From the NCBI GenBank assembly GCA_002380945.1, contig DFWO01000190.1, positions 820 to 64,819 on the forward strand: 64,000 bases of DNA, given 5' to 3'. Below the pieces are notes generated by a model that ran no database searches, was not told the DNA's origin, and worked only from the letters and a program-made list of their open reading frames with translations. Every line of letters starts with the position of its first letter. Position 1 is the stretch's first letter. The position numbers were made by a program, and so were the translations under genes. The stretch is from Methylococcaceae bacterium UBA4132 (GTDB lineage: Bacteria; Pseudomonadota; Gammaproteobacteria; Methylococcales; Methylomonadaceae). This document shows positions 20,092 through 28,657 of this stretch, in pieces.

Positions 20092-20301
20092 ATGACAATT
20101 GCAGAACACAGATTAACTATAATTCATCAAATTGAAGAATTATCCGAAGAATCACTGATTGAATTGGAAAAAATCATTGCCAAATTAAAAGCTAAACAGA
20201 AAAGTGATGATATTTCTGATTTAGGTGGTTTTTTTAAAAACAATACCATTGTATTAACGAATGAAGAACTTTGTAAGCCCGTTGATTTCAACGAGGAATA
20301 A
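20092..20301 (+). CDS. Putative type II antitoxin (partner of the PIN toxin)
   Basis: 69-aa acidic helical ORF that ends 2 nt before the PIN gene. Confidence 0.55.
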   Translation: MTIAEHRLTIIHQIEELSEESLIELEKIIAKLKAKQKSDDISDLGGFFKNNTIVLTNEELCKPVDFNEE

Positions 20302-20303
20302 GC

Positions 20304-20696
20304 GTGGTTATTGCCGTTGATACTAATATCATTATTCGTCTTGCTATGCGGGATGATGAAATACAATATCAAAAAGTAATGGCGTTATTTAAAGAACAGC
20401 AATTTTTTATCAGCCGAACCGTACAGCTTGAAACAGAATGGGGTTTACGTTCTCGTTATAAACGTACTGTTGCTGAAATCGCTGATTTTTTCGCTTTGTT
20501 ATTACAAAAGAATCAGATTATTTGTGAAAACGAGCAAGCCCTAATGACGGCAATTTATTGTTATCGTTTAGGAGCTGATTTTGCCGATGCTTTGCATTTA
20601 ACCAATACCCAGAATATGCCTTTTTATACCTTTGATGAACGATTTTGTAAAAAGGCAATTCAGGAAAGTTTAGTGTCGCGGGTTAATTTTCTGTAA
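20304..20696 (+). CDS. vapC: PIN-domain toxin (VapC family)
   Basis: Acidic quartet positions VDTNI (D6), LETEW, DFADALH, TFDERF. GTG start. Confidence 0.75.
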   Translation: MVIAVDTNIIIRLAMRDDEIQYQKVMALFKEQQFFISRTVQLETEWGLRSRYKRTVAEIADFFALLLQKNQIICENEQALMTAIYCYRLGADFADALHLTNTQNMPFYTFDERFCKKAIQESLVSRVNFL

Positions 20697-20749
20697 TGGT
20701 ATTAGAACTGACAGATTTTAAAACCTTGTTAATTAGAACTTGAAAGAAT

Positions 20750-20780
20750 GTTGGGGTTCGCAAAGCTCATCCCAACGTAC
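20750..20780. repeat. REP-like hairpin GTTGGGG-n13-CCCAAC-GTAC
   Basis: Inverted repeat read directly from the sequence. Intergenic. Confidence 0.6.
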
Positions 20781-20794
20781 GCGGTACTTTAAAT

Positions 20795-22003
20795 ATGTTT
20801 GAATCTATTACTATTTTTAATCAAAATAAAACAAGTGTATCAACACCATTAGATATAGGTGCTTTAGTTGAATGTATGTTGTTTTATGGCAATACCACTA
20901 TAGTTGCTAATCAAAGCACTTTGAAGCAATTATTTAGATACTTTGGAATAGATGGAATTATTGAGCTTATCAATGAAGATTTATTGCAAATAATTTACAC
21001 AGAAACATTTTTAGGTATACATACTAAAACTATTAATAAACTTGAGTATCATGATTTTATTGCGGCAACAACAGATTCAATGCAATACCAAACAGCACTT
21101 AGAAATATTTGTATTGAAATAACAGATAAAAAAGGAAAAGGAAGGAGAATTGCCCAAAGAATACAAAGTCAAGACTTAATTAAAGTAAAAAAGCATGAAA
21201 ATATTATTCTGGATGGTTCAAAAAACTCTATTCTTAATCAAGAATATATGAATAATGCCACTAAAATTATTTTAAAAAATTCTATTCCTGAAAAAATTGA
21301 TGTCGATAATATAATATTTCATACGAATGAAACAGAAAATGGCGTATTTGTCTCTTCCAATATAGATTTTTCAGCACTAAATAAGATTTATCACAAATAT
21401 ATTCCTCCATCTCACTCAACCATAACACACGCTCATTTACTTAGTCATATTTTGGACATGGAAAGTGAGCTTTACTTTTCTGCTAATAATCTTTCTGAAA
21501 TAGCAACAAGTGAATTAGGCTCTGAACTTATATCACATAAAATAAGTTATATTATGGATAAAAGCATTAAAAGCAAAAAATCTATATCAGATTTTCAACA
21601 GTTTGTTTTTAATGATGCGAAGTCATTAAGAGAAGCTGTCAATAATGGAAAAGTCGATATAAATGACTTAATATCTGTTCTTAAAAAATCACAAAAATTT
21701 AAGAAATGGATTTCTGGTGTTGAATCCAATCAGAATCTTCTTAAAGAATATTATAACGAAGTAGCAAATGAAACTTTCTTAGAAAAACTTACAGGAAAAA
21801 CGGCACGGTTTTGTTTTTTTGTTGGTTCTGCTGAATTACTTACTCATTTAGCCACAAACTCTGTACTGCCAAATGATATTGCAAAAATGGTAGGTCTCGG
21901 ATTTAGTGTTTTTGATTATTTTTGGCTTGACCGATTATATTCTGGTTGGAAACCGAATCAATTTATTGAAAATGAAGTAAAGAAATTATTGGTTAGCAAA
22001 TAA
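20795..22003 (+). CDS. Orphan 402-aa protein, markedly AT-rich gene, no recognisable domain
   Basis: Long uninterrupted ORF. Lys/Asn/Ile-rich composition contrasts with the neighbours. Hydrophobic C-terminal segments (ARFCFFVGSAELL, MVGLGFSVFDYFWL). Confidence 0.6.
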   Translation: MFESITIFNQNKTSVSTPLDIGALVECMLFYGNTTIVANQSTLKQLFRYFGIDGIIELINEDLLQIIYTETFLGIHTKTINKLEYHDFIAATTDSMQYQTALRNICIEITDKKGKGRRIAQRIQSQDLIKVKKHENIILDGSKNSILNQEYMNNATKIILKNSIPEKIDVDNIIFHTNETENGVFVSSNIDFSALNKIYHKYIPPSHSTITHAHLLSHILDMESELYFSANNLSEIATSELGSELISHKISYIMDKSIKSKKSISDFQQFVFNDAKSLREAVNNGKVDINDLISVLKKSQKFKKWISGVESNQNLLKEYYNEVANETFLEKLTGKTARFCFFVGSAELLTHLATNSVLPNDIAKMVGLGFSVFDYFWLDRLYSGWKPNQFIENEVKKLLVSK

Positions 22004-22086
22004 CTCGTAAGGCGGAATAGCTTGCGTATTCCGCCTTATGTTATGCCATTATGCGGTGCATTACGCTATCGCTAATGCACCCTACG
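22002..22086 (+). repeat. BIME-like double-hairpin REP element (copy 1)
   Basis: AACTCGT-AAGGCGGAATA-n7-TATTCCGCCTT, then GGTGCATTA-cgctatcgc-TAATGCACC-CTAC. Second copy at 56403-56487. Confidence 0.8.
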
Positions 22087-22120
22087 CTAATTTTATTACA
22101 CCCTAATATTAAGCATTAAA

Positions 22121-22501
22121 ATGTCTAAAACCACACCTTATGATGTCATCGGCGGCGAATTAATAATTCGTGATTTAGTCGAGCGATTTTATTTTTATAT
22201 GGATAGCTTGCCAGAAGCGAAAGGAATACGAGATATGCACCAGCCAGACCTTACTTCTGCTAAAACTAAGTTATTTAAGTTTCTTTCGGGTTGGTTAGGC
22301 GGTCCTGATTTATTTGTCCAAGAATATGGGCATCCGATGTTACGCGCCCGTCATTTACCGTTTGCGATTGGTGAATCAGAACGCGATCAATGGATGTTAT
22401 GTATGAATAAAGCCATTGCGGAAATACCGATGAATCCAATCTTAGAAACTAATTTAAAAAATGCGTTGCAAGAATTAGCAACGCATATGATTAACTCGTA
22501 A
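22121..22501 (+). CDS. Group II truncated hemoglobin (trHbO/YjbI type)
   Basis: YDVIGG start and HGHPMLRARHLPF motif characteristic of group II 2-on-2 globins. Confidence 0.85.
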   Translation: MSKTTPYDVIGGELIIRDLVERFYFYMDSLPEAKGIRDMHQPDLTSAKTKLFKFLSGWLGGPDLFVQEYGHPMLRARHLPFAIGESERDQWMLCMNKAIAEIPMNPILETNLKNALQELATHMINS

Positions 22502-22573
22502 GGCAATTGTTTTAATTGAGCAATGTGAAGATATTTATGTGCCTGAGATTATCAAATAATAATCACTGATTTT

Positions 22574-22718
22574 GTAGAGACGTTGCGCTGTAACGTCTAA
22601 CGTCTTTGTAACAAGTTATAACGATTTGAATTGACAGCCATTACTCCCATTTTTAAAACTAATCATTTGTAATGAATAACACCACCTTAATAAAGATGTT
22701 GCGATGCAATGTCTCTAC
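22574..22718. repeat. Pair of inverted GTAGAGACGTT-type REP hairpins flanking about 90 bp
   Basis: GTAGAGACGTTgcgctgtAACGTCT at 22574-22598 and AGATGTTGCgaTGCAATGTCTCTAC at 22694-22718. Confidence 0.7.
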
Positions 22719-22931
22719 GAAAATATTTCTATCATTCTCCCTAACGCTCAGCGTTTAAATCCGTAAATAAGCAAAAAATTAACAACATAACAATCAATGG
22801 GTTATAATCGACTTCGCGCCTAAGTCATTGATTATTATTGAGCTATTTTTAACGGAACTATTTACATAAGAAATTGATAAGACTTTGATTTATAAAGTCT
22901 TTGTTATTTACAATATCCACGGACACAGAAC

Positions 22932-23624
22932 ATGGTACATAAAATCGCAAAAAAAATTGTCTCTTACAAAGTGATAGGCAATGAGCTTCCACCAGAAATA
23001 ACGCATACAGAAGAACCGAAAGTGGATGTCGAAAGTATGCACGAAAATTTAGAACGCCCTGAGATTTTAATGGGTTCGACGTTTAAAATTAAAACCCCGC
23101 AATCGGAACACGCGCTGTATATTACGATTAATGACGTGATATTAAATGCTGATACTGAATATGAAGAACGCCGTCCTTATGAGGTGTTTATTAATTCTAA
23201 AAATATGGAACATTTTCAATGGGTGTTGGCATTAACGCGGGTTATTTCGGCGGTGTTTCGTAAAGGCGGGGATGCGTGCTTTTTAGTGGAGGAGTTGAAA
23301 GCAGTATTTGATCCACAGGGCGGTTATTTTAAAAAAGGTGGGGTGTTTATGCCGTCGTTAGTGGCTGAAATCGGTTATGCCATTGAAGCGCATTTAAAAG
23401 AAATCGGTATGATTAAACCTGCCGAAATGGACGATCATCAAAAGAAATTTTTAGCCGCTAAGCGTAAAGAGTTTGATGCCTTACATAGCGACACGTCAAC
23501 CTTGGATGAAGAAGGTGATTTTCCTGCTAAAGCGTTGTTATGTGGTAAGTGCCAAACTAAAGCATTGGTGTTGATGGATGGCTGTATGACCTGTCTTAAT
23601 TGTGGTGATAGTAAGTGTTCGTAG
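22932..23624 (+). CDS. nrdJb: Class II ribonucleotide reductase C-terminal part (NrdJb, TSCPD-like with Cys-rich tail)
   Basis: LERPEILMGSTFKIKTP...ALYITIND...PYEVFINSKN motif block and terminal CGKCQT...CMTCLNCGDSKC zinc-ribbon-like tail, as in split NrdJ of pseudomonads. Confidence 0.85.
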   Translation: MVHKIAKKIVSYKVIGNELPPEITHTEEPKVDVESMHENLERPEILMGSTFKIKTPQSEHALYITINDVILNADTEYEERRPYEVFINSKNMEHFQWVLALTRVISAVFRKGGDACFLVEELKAVFDPQGGYFKKGGVFMPSLVAEIGYAIEAHLKEIGMIKPAEMDDHQKKFLAAKRKEFDALHSDTSTLDEEGDFPAKALLCGKCQTKALVLMDGCMTCLNCGDSKCS

Positions 23625-23656
23625 TAGGGAACGGGCAACCTAAGGGTTGCCCCTAC
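23624..23656. repeat. Palindromic REP GTAGGG-aac-GGGCAACC-taa-GGGTTGCCC-CTAC
   Basis: Read directly from the sequence, between convergent genes. No T-run on either side. Confidence 0.7.
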
Positions 23657-23667
23657 ACACGACTCAA

Positions 23668-23985
23668 TTAAGGATAAATTACTTTAGGCTGAAAATTTGC
23701 CGCTGGGTACTTAGGATCAAATTCGTCAACTACGGGCTGGGCAGGTGCTTTAGCAACGGCGGTACTGTCGGCAGAATAAATGACCGTGGGTTGGAAATTG
23801 GCCGCGGGGTATTTAGTATCAACTTCACTGCTAGCAGGTGCTGATGTTTGCGGTGCAACACTCTTATCAAGATAGATGACTTGAGGCTGAAAATCGGCGG
23901 CGGGATATTGGCTATCTGCGAATACAGTTAATGAAGTGAGTGCCATCACAGCAACAGCCAATCCTAAAATAATAGTTTTTTTCAT
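23668..23985 (-). CDS. Secreted 105-aa protein with three (K)YPAA(N/D)FQPxVIY repeats
   Basis: Canonical signal peptide MKKTIILGLAVAVMALTSLTVFA. Three motif copies spaced about 28-34 aa apart. Confidence 0.65.
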   Translation of the reverse strand: MKKTIILGLAVAVMALTSLTVFADSQYPAADFQPQVIYLDKSVAPQTSAPASSEVDTKYPAANFQPTVIYSADSTAVAKAPAQPVVDEFDPKYPAANFQPKVIYP

Positions 23986-24098
23986 GGTACGTTATCCTAT
24001 TGGTTAGTGTTGTAGAAGCCTAGCTAAAGGTCTCCATATAAGGCGAGACAGGCTTTGAGTATCGAATATTTTGCCGCATTTCGCAACCGCTTTTATGC

Positions 24099-24836
24099 TT
24101 ATAACAGGTGTTTTATGTCAGGATAGTGATTAATTAGCTGTTGACGAAAATTTTCAATTGCCGCCTCATCATGGCGTTGCGTTCTTGGAATGGGGACGAC
24201 AATATCGTTAATCACCCTCATCGGTGCGGATGCTAAAAAAATCAGCCTATCCGCCAGTGCAATCGCTTCACGCAAATCATGCGTTACAAATAATACCGTG
24301 TGCGGGCGTTGTTGCCACAGTTGCAATAATAGGCTTCTTACATCGCGCGCTGTCGGTGGGTCTAAGGACACAAACGGTTCATCCATCAATAGTAAATCTG
24401 GATTAACTGCAAAGGCACGAATGATAGCGACACGACGATTCATACCCACCGATAAGCGTTCAGGATATTCATGCTGCGATTGAGTGAGCTGCATGGTTTC
24501 TAGCAACGGATCAATGAGAGTAGGGGATTGTTCTGACTCTAACACTAATTCAATATTTTCTCGTACCGTTCGCCACGGCAATAAGCGCGGATTTTGAAAA
24601 ATATAGCCAATTTTAGGTGCAGTATGCTGCTGTCCTACTTGAATTTCACCTTCATAATGCGTGTCCAGACCCGAAAGGCAATTTAATAATGTCGTTTTGC
24701 CGCACCCAGAAGACCCCACCAAACATACAAATTCATTGGCTTGTAGCGACAAACTAAAATTTGCAATGGTTGGTTGTGCCGTACCTATGTAGGTTTTGTT
24801 GATGATGTTAATCTGCACATCGGTCATCGCCGCCAC
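24099..24836 (-). CDS. ABC transporter ATP-binding protein (NitT/TauT family)
   Basis: Walker A GSSGCGKTT and Walker B LLLMDEPF. Overlaps the permease gene. Confidence 0.88.
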   Translation of the reverse strand: MAAMTDVQINIINKTYIGTAQPTIANFSLSLQANEFVCLVGSSGCGKTTLLNCLSGLDTHYEGEIQVGQQHTAPKIGYIFQNPRLLPWRTVRENIELVLESEQSPTLIDPLLETMQLTQSQHEYPERLSVGMNRRVAIIRAFAVNPDLLLMDEPFVSLDPPTARDVRSLLLQLWQQRPHTVLFVTHDLREAIALADRLIFLASAPMRVINDIVVPIPRTQRHDEAAIENFRQQLINHYPDIKHLL

Positions 24837-25567
24837 CTTAACGCCTTGTTATCCAAAGGCTTTAAAATCAGCCATTCTATCAACTGAATCACTGCAACAA
24901 AGGCAATGGTGTACGCCAAAATACTGGCAACATCGAACATTTGAAAAAACAAATGCAGTTGGTAGCCCATGCCATTGCTACGCCCCAATAATTCCACCAC
25001 CAAAATAATTTTCCAAATTAACGCCAGACCTGAACGCGTTGCACCCATGATAAACGGTTGCAACTGAGGCAAAATCACATGACATAAGGTTTTACGTTTA
25101 CTGAAATGATAACACCGCGCCATGTCCATTAAATCACTATTGAGAGCGCGTGTACCTTCGCGGATAGTCACTATCACATTGGGCAATTTATTAATCACTA
25201 CCGCCAAAATCGCCGCTGATTCCACCAAGCCAAACCAAACGTAACACAGAATAATCGTTACTAAGGCGGGAACATTAAGAAAAATCACCAGCCAATTATC
25301 AAAAAACGCATTTAGTGGTTTATTGCGTCCCAATACAATACCAATCGCGCACCCTAACAGCATAGAAATAGAAAAACTAACCACTAAGCGCAACAAGGTC
25401 ACGCCCAAATGATACGGCAACTGCCCTGACACTATCGCCTGCCACAATACCATAGCGACCGTGTAGGGAGTTGGTAGTGTGTTGTTATGTAGATAACTTG
25501 CCGCGCCTTGCCATACGGCTAGAAATACCAGCAATGACAGGCTAGGCAAGTATTTATTGAATTGCAT
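24824..25567 (-). CDS. ABC transporter permease (NitT/TauT family, BPD-type)
   Basis: Six hydrophobic segments and an EAA-like loop (TIREGTRALNSDLMDMAR). Confidence 0.85.
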   Translation of the reverse strand: MQFNKYLPSLSLLVFLAVWQGAASYLHNNTLPTPYTVAMVLWQAIVSGQLPYHLGVTLLRLVVSFSISMLLGCAIGIVLGRNKPLNAFFDNWLVIFLNVPALVTIILCYVWFGLVESAAILAVVINKLPNVIVTIREGTRALNSDLMDMARCYHFSKRKTLCHVILPQLQPFIMGATRSGLALIWKIILVVELLGRSNGMGYQLHLFFQMFDVASILAYTIAFVAVIQLIEWLILKPLDNKALRWRR

Positions 25568-26532
25568 TATTTACCAGACCAAAACGTCCCTGTTTGTAGC
25601 GTGTCAGATTTACCTGTCAATTGACTATCACTCACTGTTTTCAATACGGTATAAATGCGTGCGGCGGCTTGTTGTTCTTTGTCGCCCCATTGCTCTACGC
25701 TACCTTCACAATAGCGTTGTCGTAATAACTTTTGTGTGGCGGCATCATCCACTTTGGTTAAGGGGATGACTTTTTGCCACGCGGTATCGTCTGTGCATAA
25801 GGATTTTTTAGCTTGTGTACTGGCTTTGAAAAAACTATTTACCGCTGATGAATGACTTGATGCCCAGCTTTGTTTAAATACATAACCTAAGCTAGGAACG
25901 TTTTCAGTGATACCTAAGCCTTTTAAAATACCTTTGCCGTCGATGATTTGTCTGAAACCTGCCGCTTCTAATTTGGCGGCAAAATGCCAATAGGTGAGGG
26001 CGGCATCAACGCGGTTTTGTTTGAATTGTTCGCTAATTAATGGTGGTGCGCCGAAAGTTTTTTCCACCGATTTGTTTAAATCTACGGAGTCTTTTTTGGC
26101 TAACGCTTGTAGTAATAACCAGTTTTTATCTAGTTCACCGCCTGCAATGCCTAGGCGTTTTCCGTTTAAATCTTTAACGGTATGAATTGGGCTGTTTTCT
26201 GGCACGACTAACGCGCCAGCGGTAGTGGAATAGGGATAAAAGCTAAAATCTTCACCTTGCGCTCTAAGACTTGAAACCCATATCCAATCGGAAACTATCA
26301 TATCGACAGCACCCGATTGTAAAGCGATTTTGCCTGCTTCAGCCGTAGCGACAGGATGAACTTCAATTTGAAAATCTACCGATTCAGCAGGTAATGCGGA
26401 CAATTCCCACTCGACGGTACCGCCTGCTTGTGCGCCAATACGGATGGTGGTTTTTTCGGCAGCAAAACAGTTGCTGAGCGTAATAAGGCAAAGCATGATA
26501 AAAAAGGAATAAGTTTTCATGAGATTAACCAA
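25567..26532 (-). CDS. Periplasmic substrate-binding protein (NMT1/SsuA-like)
   Basis: Signal peptide. SBP-like alternation. Operon position upstream of the permease and ATPase genes. Confidence 0.75.
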   Translation of the reverse strand: MVNLMKTYSFFIMLCLITLSNCFAAEKTTIRIGAQAGGTVEWELSALPAESVDFQIEVHPVATAEAGKIALQSGAVDMIVSDWIWVSSLRAQGEDFSFYPYSTTAGALVVPENSPIHTVKDLNGKRLGIAGGELDKNWLLLQALAKKDSVDLNKSVEKTFGAPPLISEQFKQNRVDAALTYWHFAAKLEAAGFRQIIDGKGILKGLGITENVPSLGYVFKQSWASSHSSAVNSFFKASTQAKKSLCTDDTAWQKVIPLTKVDDAATQKLLRQRYCEGSVEQWGDKEQQAAARIYTVLKTVSDSQLTGKSDTLQTGTFWSGK

Positions 26533-26549
26533 GTGAGTAAAGAGTGAAA

Positions 26550-26612
26550 TTGTCCACGAAAGGCACGAAAATAGTTAAATATTTTCGTGCCTTTTGTGTT
26601 TTTCGTGGACAA
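26550..26612. mobile_element. CACGAAA-TIR MITE, minimal copy
   Basis: TTGTCCACGAAAGGCACGAAAAT...ATTTTCGTGCCTTTTGTGTTTTTCGTGGACAA. Nested perfect hairpins. It nearly fills the intergenic gap. Confidence 0.8.
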
Positions 26613-26616
26613 AAGA

Positions 26617-27687
26617 TTATAACGGCAAAGCAGAAAACGCATCCAAGGCATCAACAGCCGTTGCTGCACGTCGTATTAACTCCAAGTTATGTTCTAAATC
26701 CATCATACCTCCCACTGCCAGTGTAACAATCATTGCTTCAAACGCGTAAGTTAAATGAGCGCGATAGCGTTGTATTAAAAAGGCGGTATCAATACCGATC
26801 ACGCCTTGATTGCTCAGTATTTGGCTGTATCTAGTCAGTAGCTCTAACTCATGTTTCTGGCGCGTGTCGGGATTCAATGCGGTGGCTAAAAAATAAGCCA
26901 CATCACTGACACCTTCACCCATACGCACTAATTGCCAATCAAGAAAACCTGCGTGTGATTTATCACTGTTCCAAAATAAATTGCCCGAATGGCAATCATG
27001 ATGAATCAAGGTTTGTGGCGCGGCGGCAAGAAATTTCATGACTTTACGACGATACCGCGCATAACGTAAGGCGGGTTTGTGTAGTCTTGCAGGTATTGCT
27101 GTACCCGCTAATTGCAAGCCACGCTTCATTAAAGGCACTGCTAACGCTGATCCTAATGAATCTTCTAAACGGCGTACTGAGCCTGATAACCAGCGATAAT
27201 TAGGATGATGTACGGTATTCCAAAAATGTCCATGAAAACGCGCAAGTTGTTCTATGACTAATTGTGATTGTGAAATATCCAATGATTCGCGTGGGCTACT
27301 GGCAACACCTGCAAATTCAGCGACATCAGCCAATACCAAGGTCGAGCCGCGTCCAAACTGACTTTGTGCCGCAAGGCAAACAGGTTTTGTCACAGGGACG
27401 CAGTGAGCCAATTCATTATAAAAACGTACCTCGGTATGAAGTAATCTGGGTAACGCTGTAATCATTCGCGCCCGCCATGCCAGTGATGGTAATTTAACAA
27501 ACCAGCCTCTGGGTAATTTTTTACCATTATGATCGACCATGACGCGTACTCGCGTGGTCGTCCCTACCTCAACAGCAAGTACATCGACATTTTTTACCAC
27601 CGTGTTGCTATCATGTTGATTCACAACCTGTTGCGCCCAAGCCACAGTCAAATCACTGGGTTTTCTAACTAGAATAGTCCGCTTCAT
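26617..27687 (-). CDS. Aminoglycoside-phosphotransferase / CHK-like kinase family protein
   Basis: Catalytic-loop HHDCHSGNLFW and DWQLVRMG (D-x-Q/E metal-binding segment), typical of the APH/EcKL fold. Confidence 0.7.
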   Translation of the reverse strand: MKRTILVRKPSDLTVAWAQQVVNQHDSNTVVKNVDVLAVEVGTTTRVRVMVDHNGKKLPRGWFVKLPSLAWRARMITALPRLLHTEVRFYNELAHCVPVTKPVCLAAQSQFGRGSTLVLADVAEFAGVASSPRESLDISQSQLVIEQLARFHGHFWNTVHHPNYRWLSGSVRRLEDSLGSALAVPLMKRGLQLAGTAIPARLHKPALRYARYRRKVMKFLAAAPQTLIHHDCHSGNLFWNSDKSHAGFLDWQLVRMGEGVSDVAYFLATALNPDTRQKHELELLTRYSQILSNQGVIGIDTAFLIQRYRAHLTYAFEAMIVTLAVGGMMDLEHNLELIRRAATAVDALDAFSALPL

Positions 27688-27910
27688 GTTGCCCTCCCTT
27701 TCTTAGCAACTATTACTTGATAAGATAATGCTTATTTTTTATTCTACCATAGCCTTATGCTGGAACAGGAATGCGTAAAAAGCACTTAATATGTATTGTC
27801 AATTGAATGAGGGCATACAGGCATTCATAAGGAAAAAATGATTTACCTCATCGAAAGAGACGCTCATAATCTTTATTAGTTTAATGTTCATCCACTCACG
27901 GAGAAAAACC

Positions 27911-28558
27911 ATGATTAACTTATGCGGTTTTGCGGTTAGCAATTATTACAATAAAACTAAACTGGTGTTGCTGGAAAAAGGCATCGCTTTCACCGAAGAA
28001 CAAGTATTTCCCTCGCAAGATGAAGCTTTGCTGAAACGTTCTCCGCTGGGAAAAATCCCGTTTATTGAAACAGAATACGGTTGTTTGTCAGAATCTCAAG
28101 TAATTCTGGAATATTTAGAAGAAACGTATCCTGAAATACCACTGTATCCTGCCAATAGTTTTGAGCGAGCAAAATGTCGGGAATTGATACAACATCTGGA
28201 ACTTAACATCGAATTACACGCCCGCCGTTTGTATAAAGAAGCATTTTTTGGTGGTACGGTATCTGATGATACTAAAAATGAAGTTAAAGAATTGTTAGAG
28301 AAAGGCTTGAAAGGTTTAGCGCGGCTAGCAAAATTTTCACCTTATATTGCGGGCGAAACATACACCGCCGCAGATTGCGTGGCATGGTTACATTTTTTCA
28401 TGGTGAGTATGACGTGCCAAAAAATCTACGGCACTGACCTCGTGGCAACATACCTGCCTAATGCTGCCAATTATATGCAGTTAATAGAAGCCCGTCCTGC
28501 CGCGCAAAAAGTTGCCGCCGATAGAGCGGCGGCGATGGTAACCTTTCTTAAGAAATAA
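27911..28558 (+). CDS. Glutathione S-transferase
   Basis: N-terminal thioredoxin-like GST domain (SNYYNKTKLVLLEKGI, GKIPFIE, SESQVILEYL). GGAGA RBS before the ATG at 27911. Confidence 0.8.
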   Translation: MINLCGFAVSNYYNKTKLVLLEKGIAFTEEQVFPSQDEALLKRSPLGKIPFIETEYGCLSESQVILEYLEETYPEIPLYPANSFERAKCRELIQHLELNIELHARRLYKEAFFGGTVSDDTKNEVKELLEKGLKGLARLAKFSPYIAGETYTAADCVAWLHFFMVSMTCQKIYGTDLVATYLPNAANYMQLIEARPAAQKVAADRAAAMVTFLKK

Positions 28559-28591
28559 GGATGCACATAAATACGAGTGATACGATGTTCT

Positions 28592-28620
28592 GTAGAGACG
28601 TTACAATGCAACATCTCTAC
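28592..28620. repeat. Palindromic REP GTAGAGACGTTacaatgcAACATCTCTAC
   Basis: Read directly from the sequence. Same family as 22574, 35128 and 52529. Confidence 0.75.
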
Positions 28621-28657
28621 AATGAACATTTATGTATCACCAAAAATGTACTAAACA

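Noticed and set aside
20092-22504. Integron-like cassette array (TA module, orphan gene and hemoglobin separated by structured repeats; 12-nt direct repeats)
   Set aside because: There is no intI gene. The repeat boundaries do not fit the GTTRRRY/RYYYAAC core sites. The hairpins carry GTAG/CTAC heads typical of REP/BIME elements and recur in non-cassette contexts.
23647-23844. 65-aa plus-strand ORF overlapping the repeat-protein gene
   Set aside because: The minus-strand ORF has a canonical signal peptide and a coherent repeat structure. The plus-strand translation is Arg/Gly/Cys-rich with no features.
26544-26726. 60-aa ORF across the 26.55-kb MITE
   Set aside because: It reads through the repeat hairpins and then runs antisense to the kinase-like gene. 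No coding signal.
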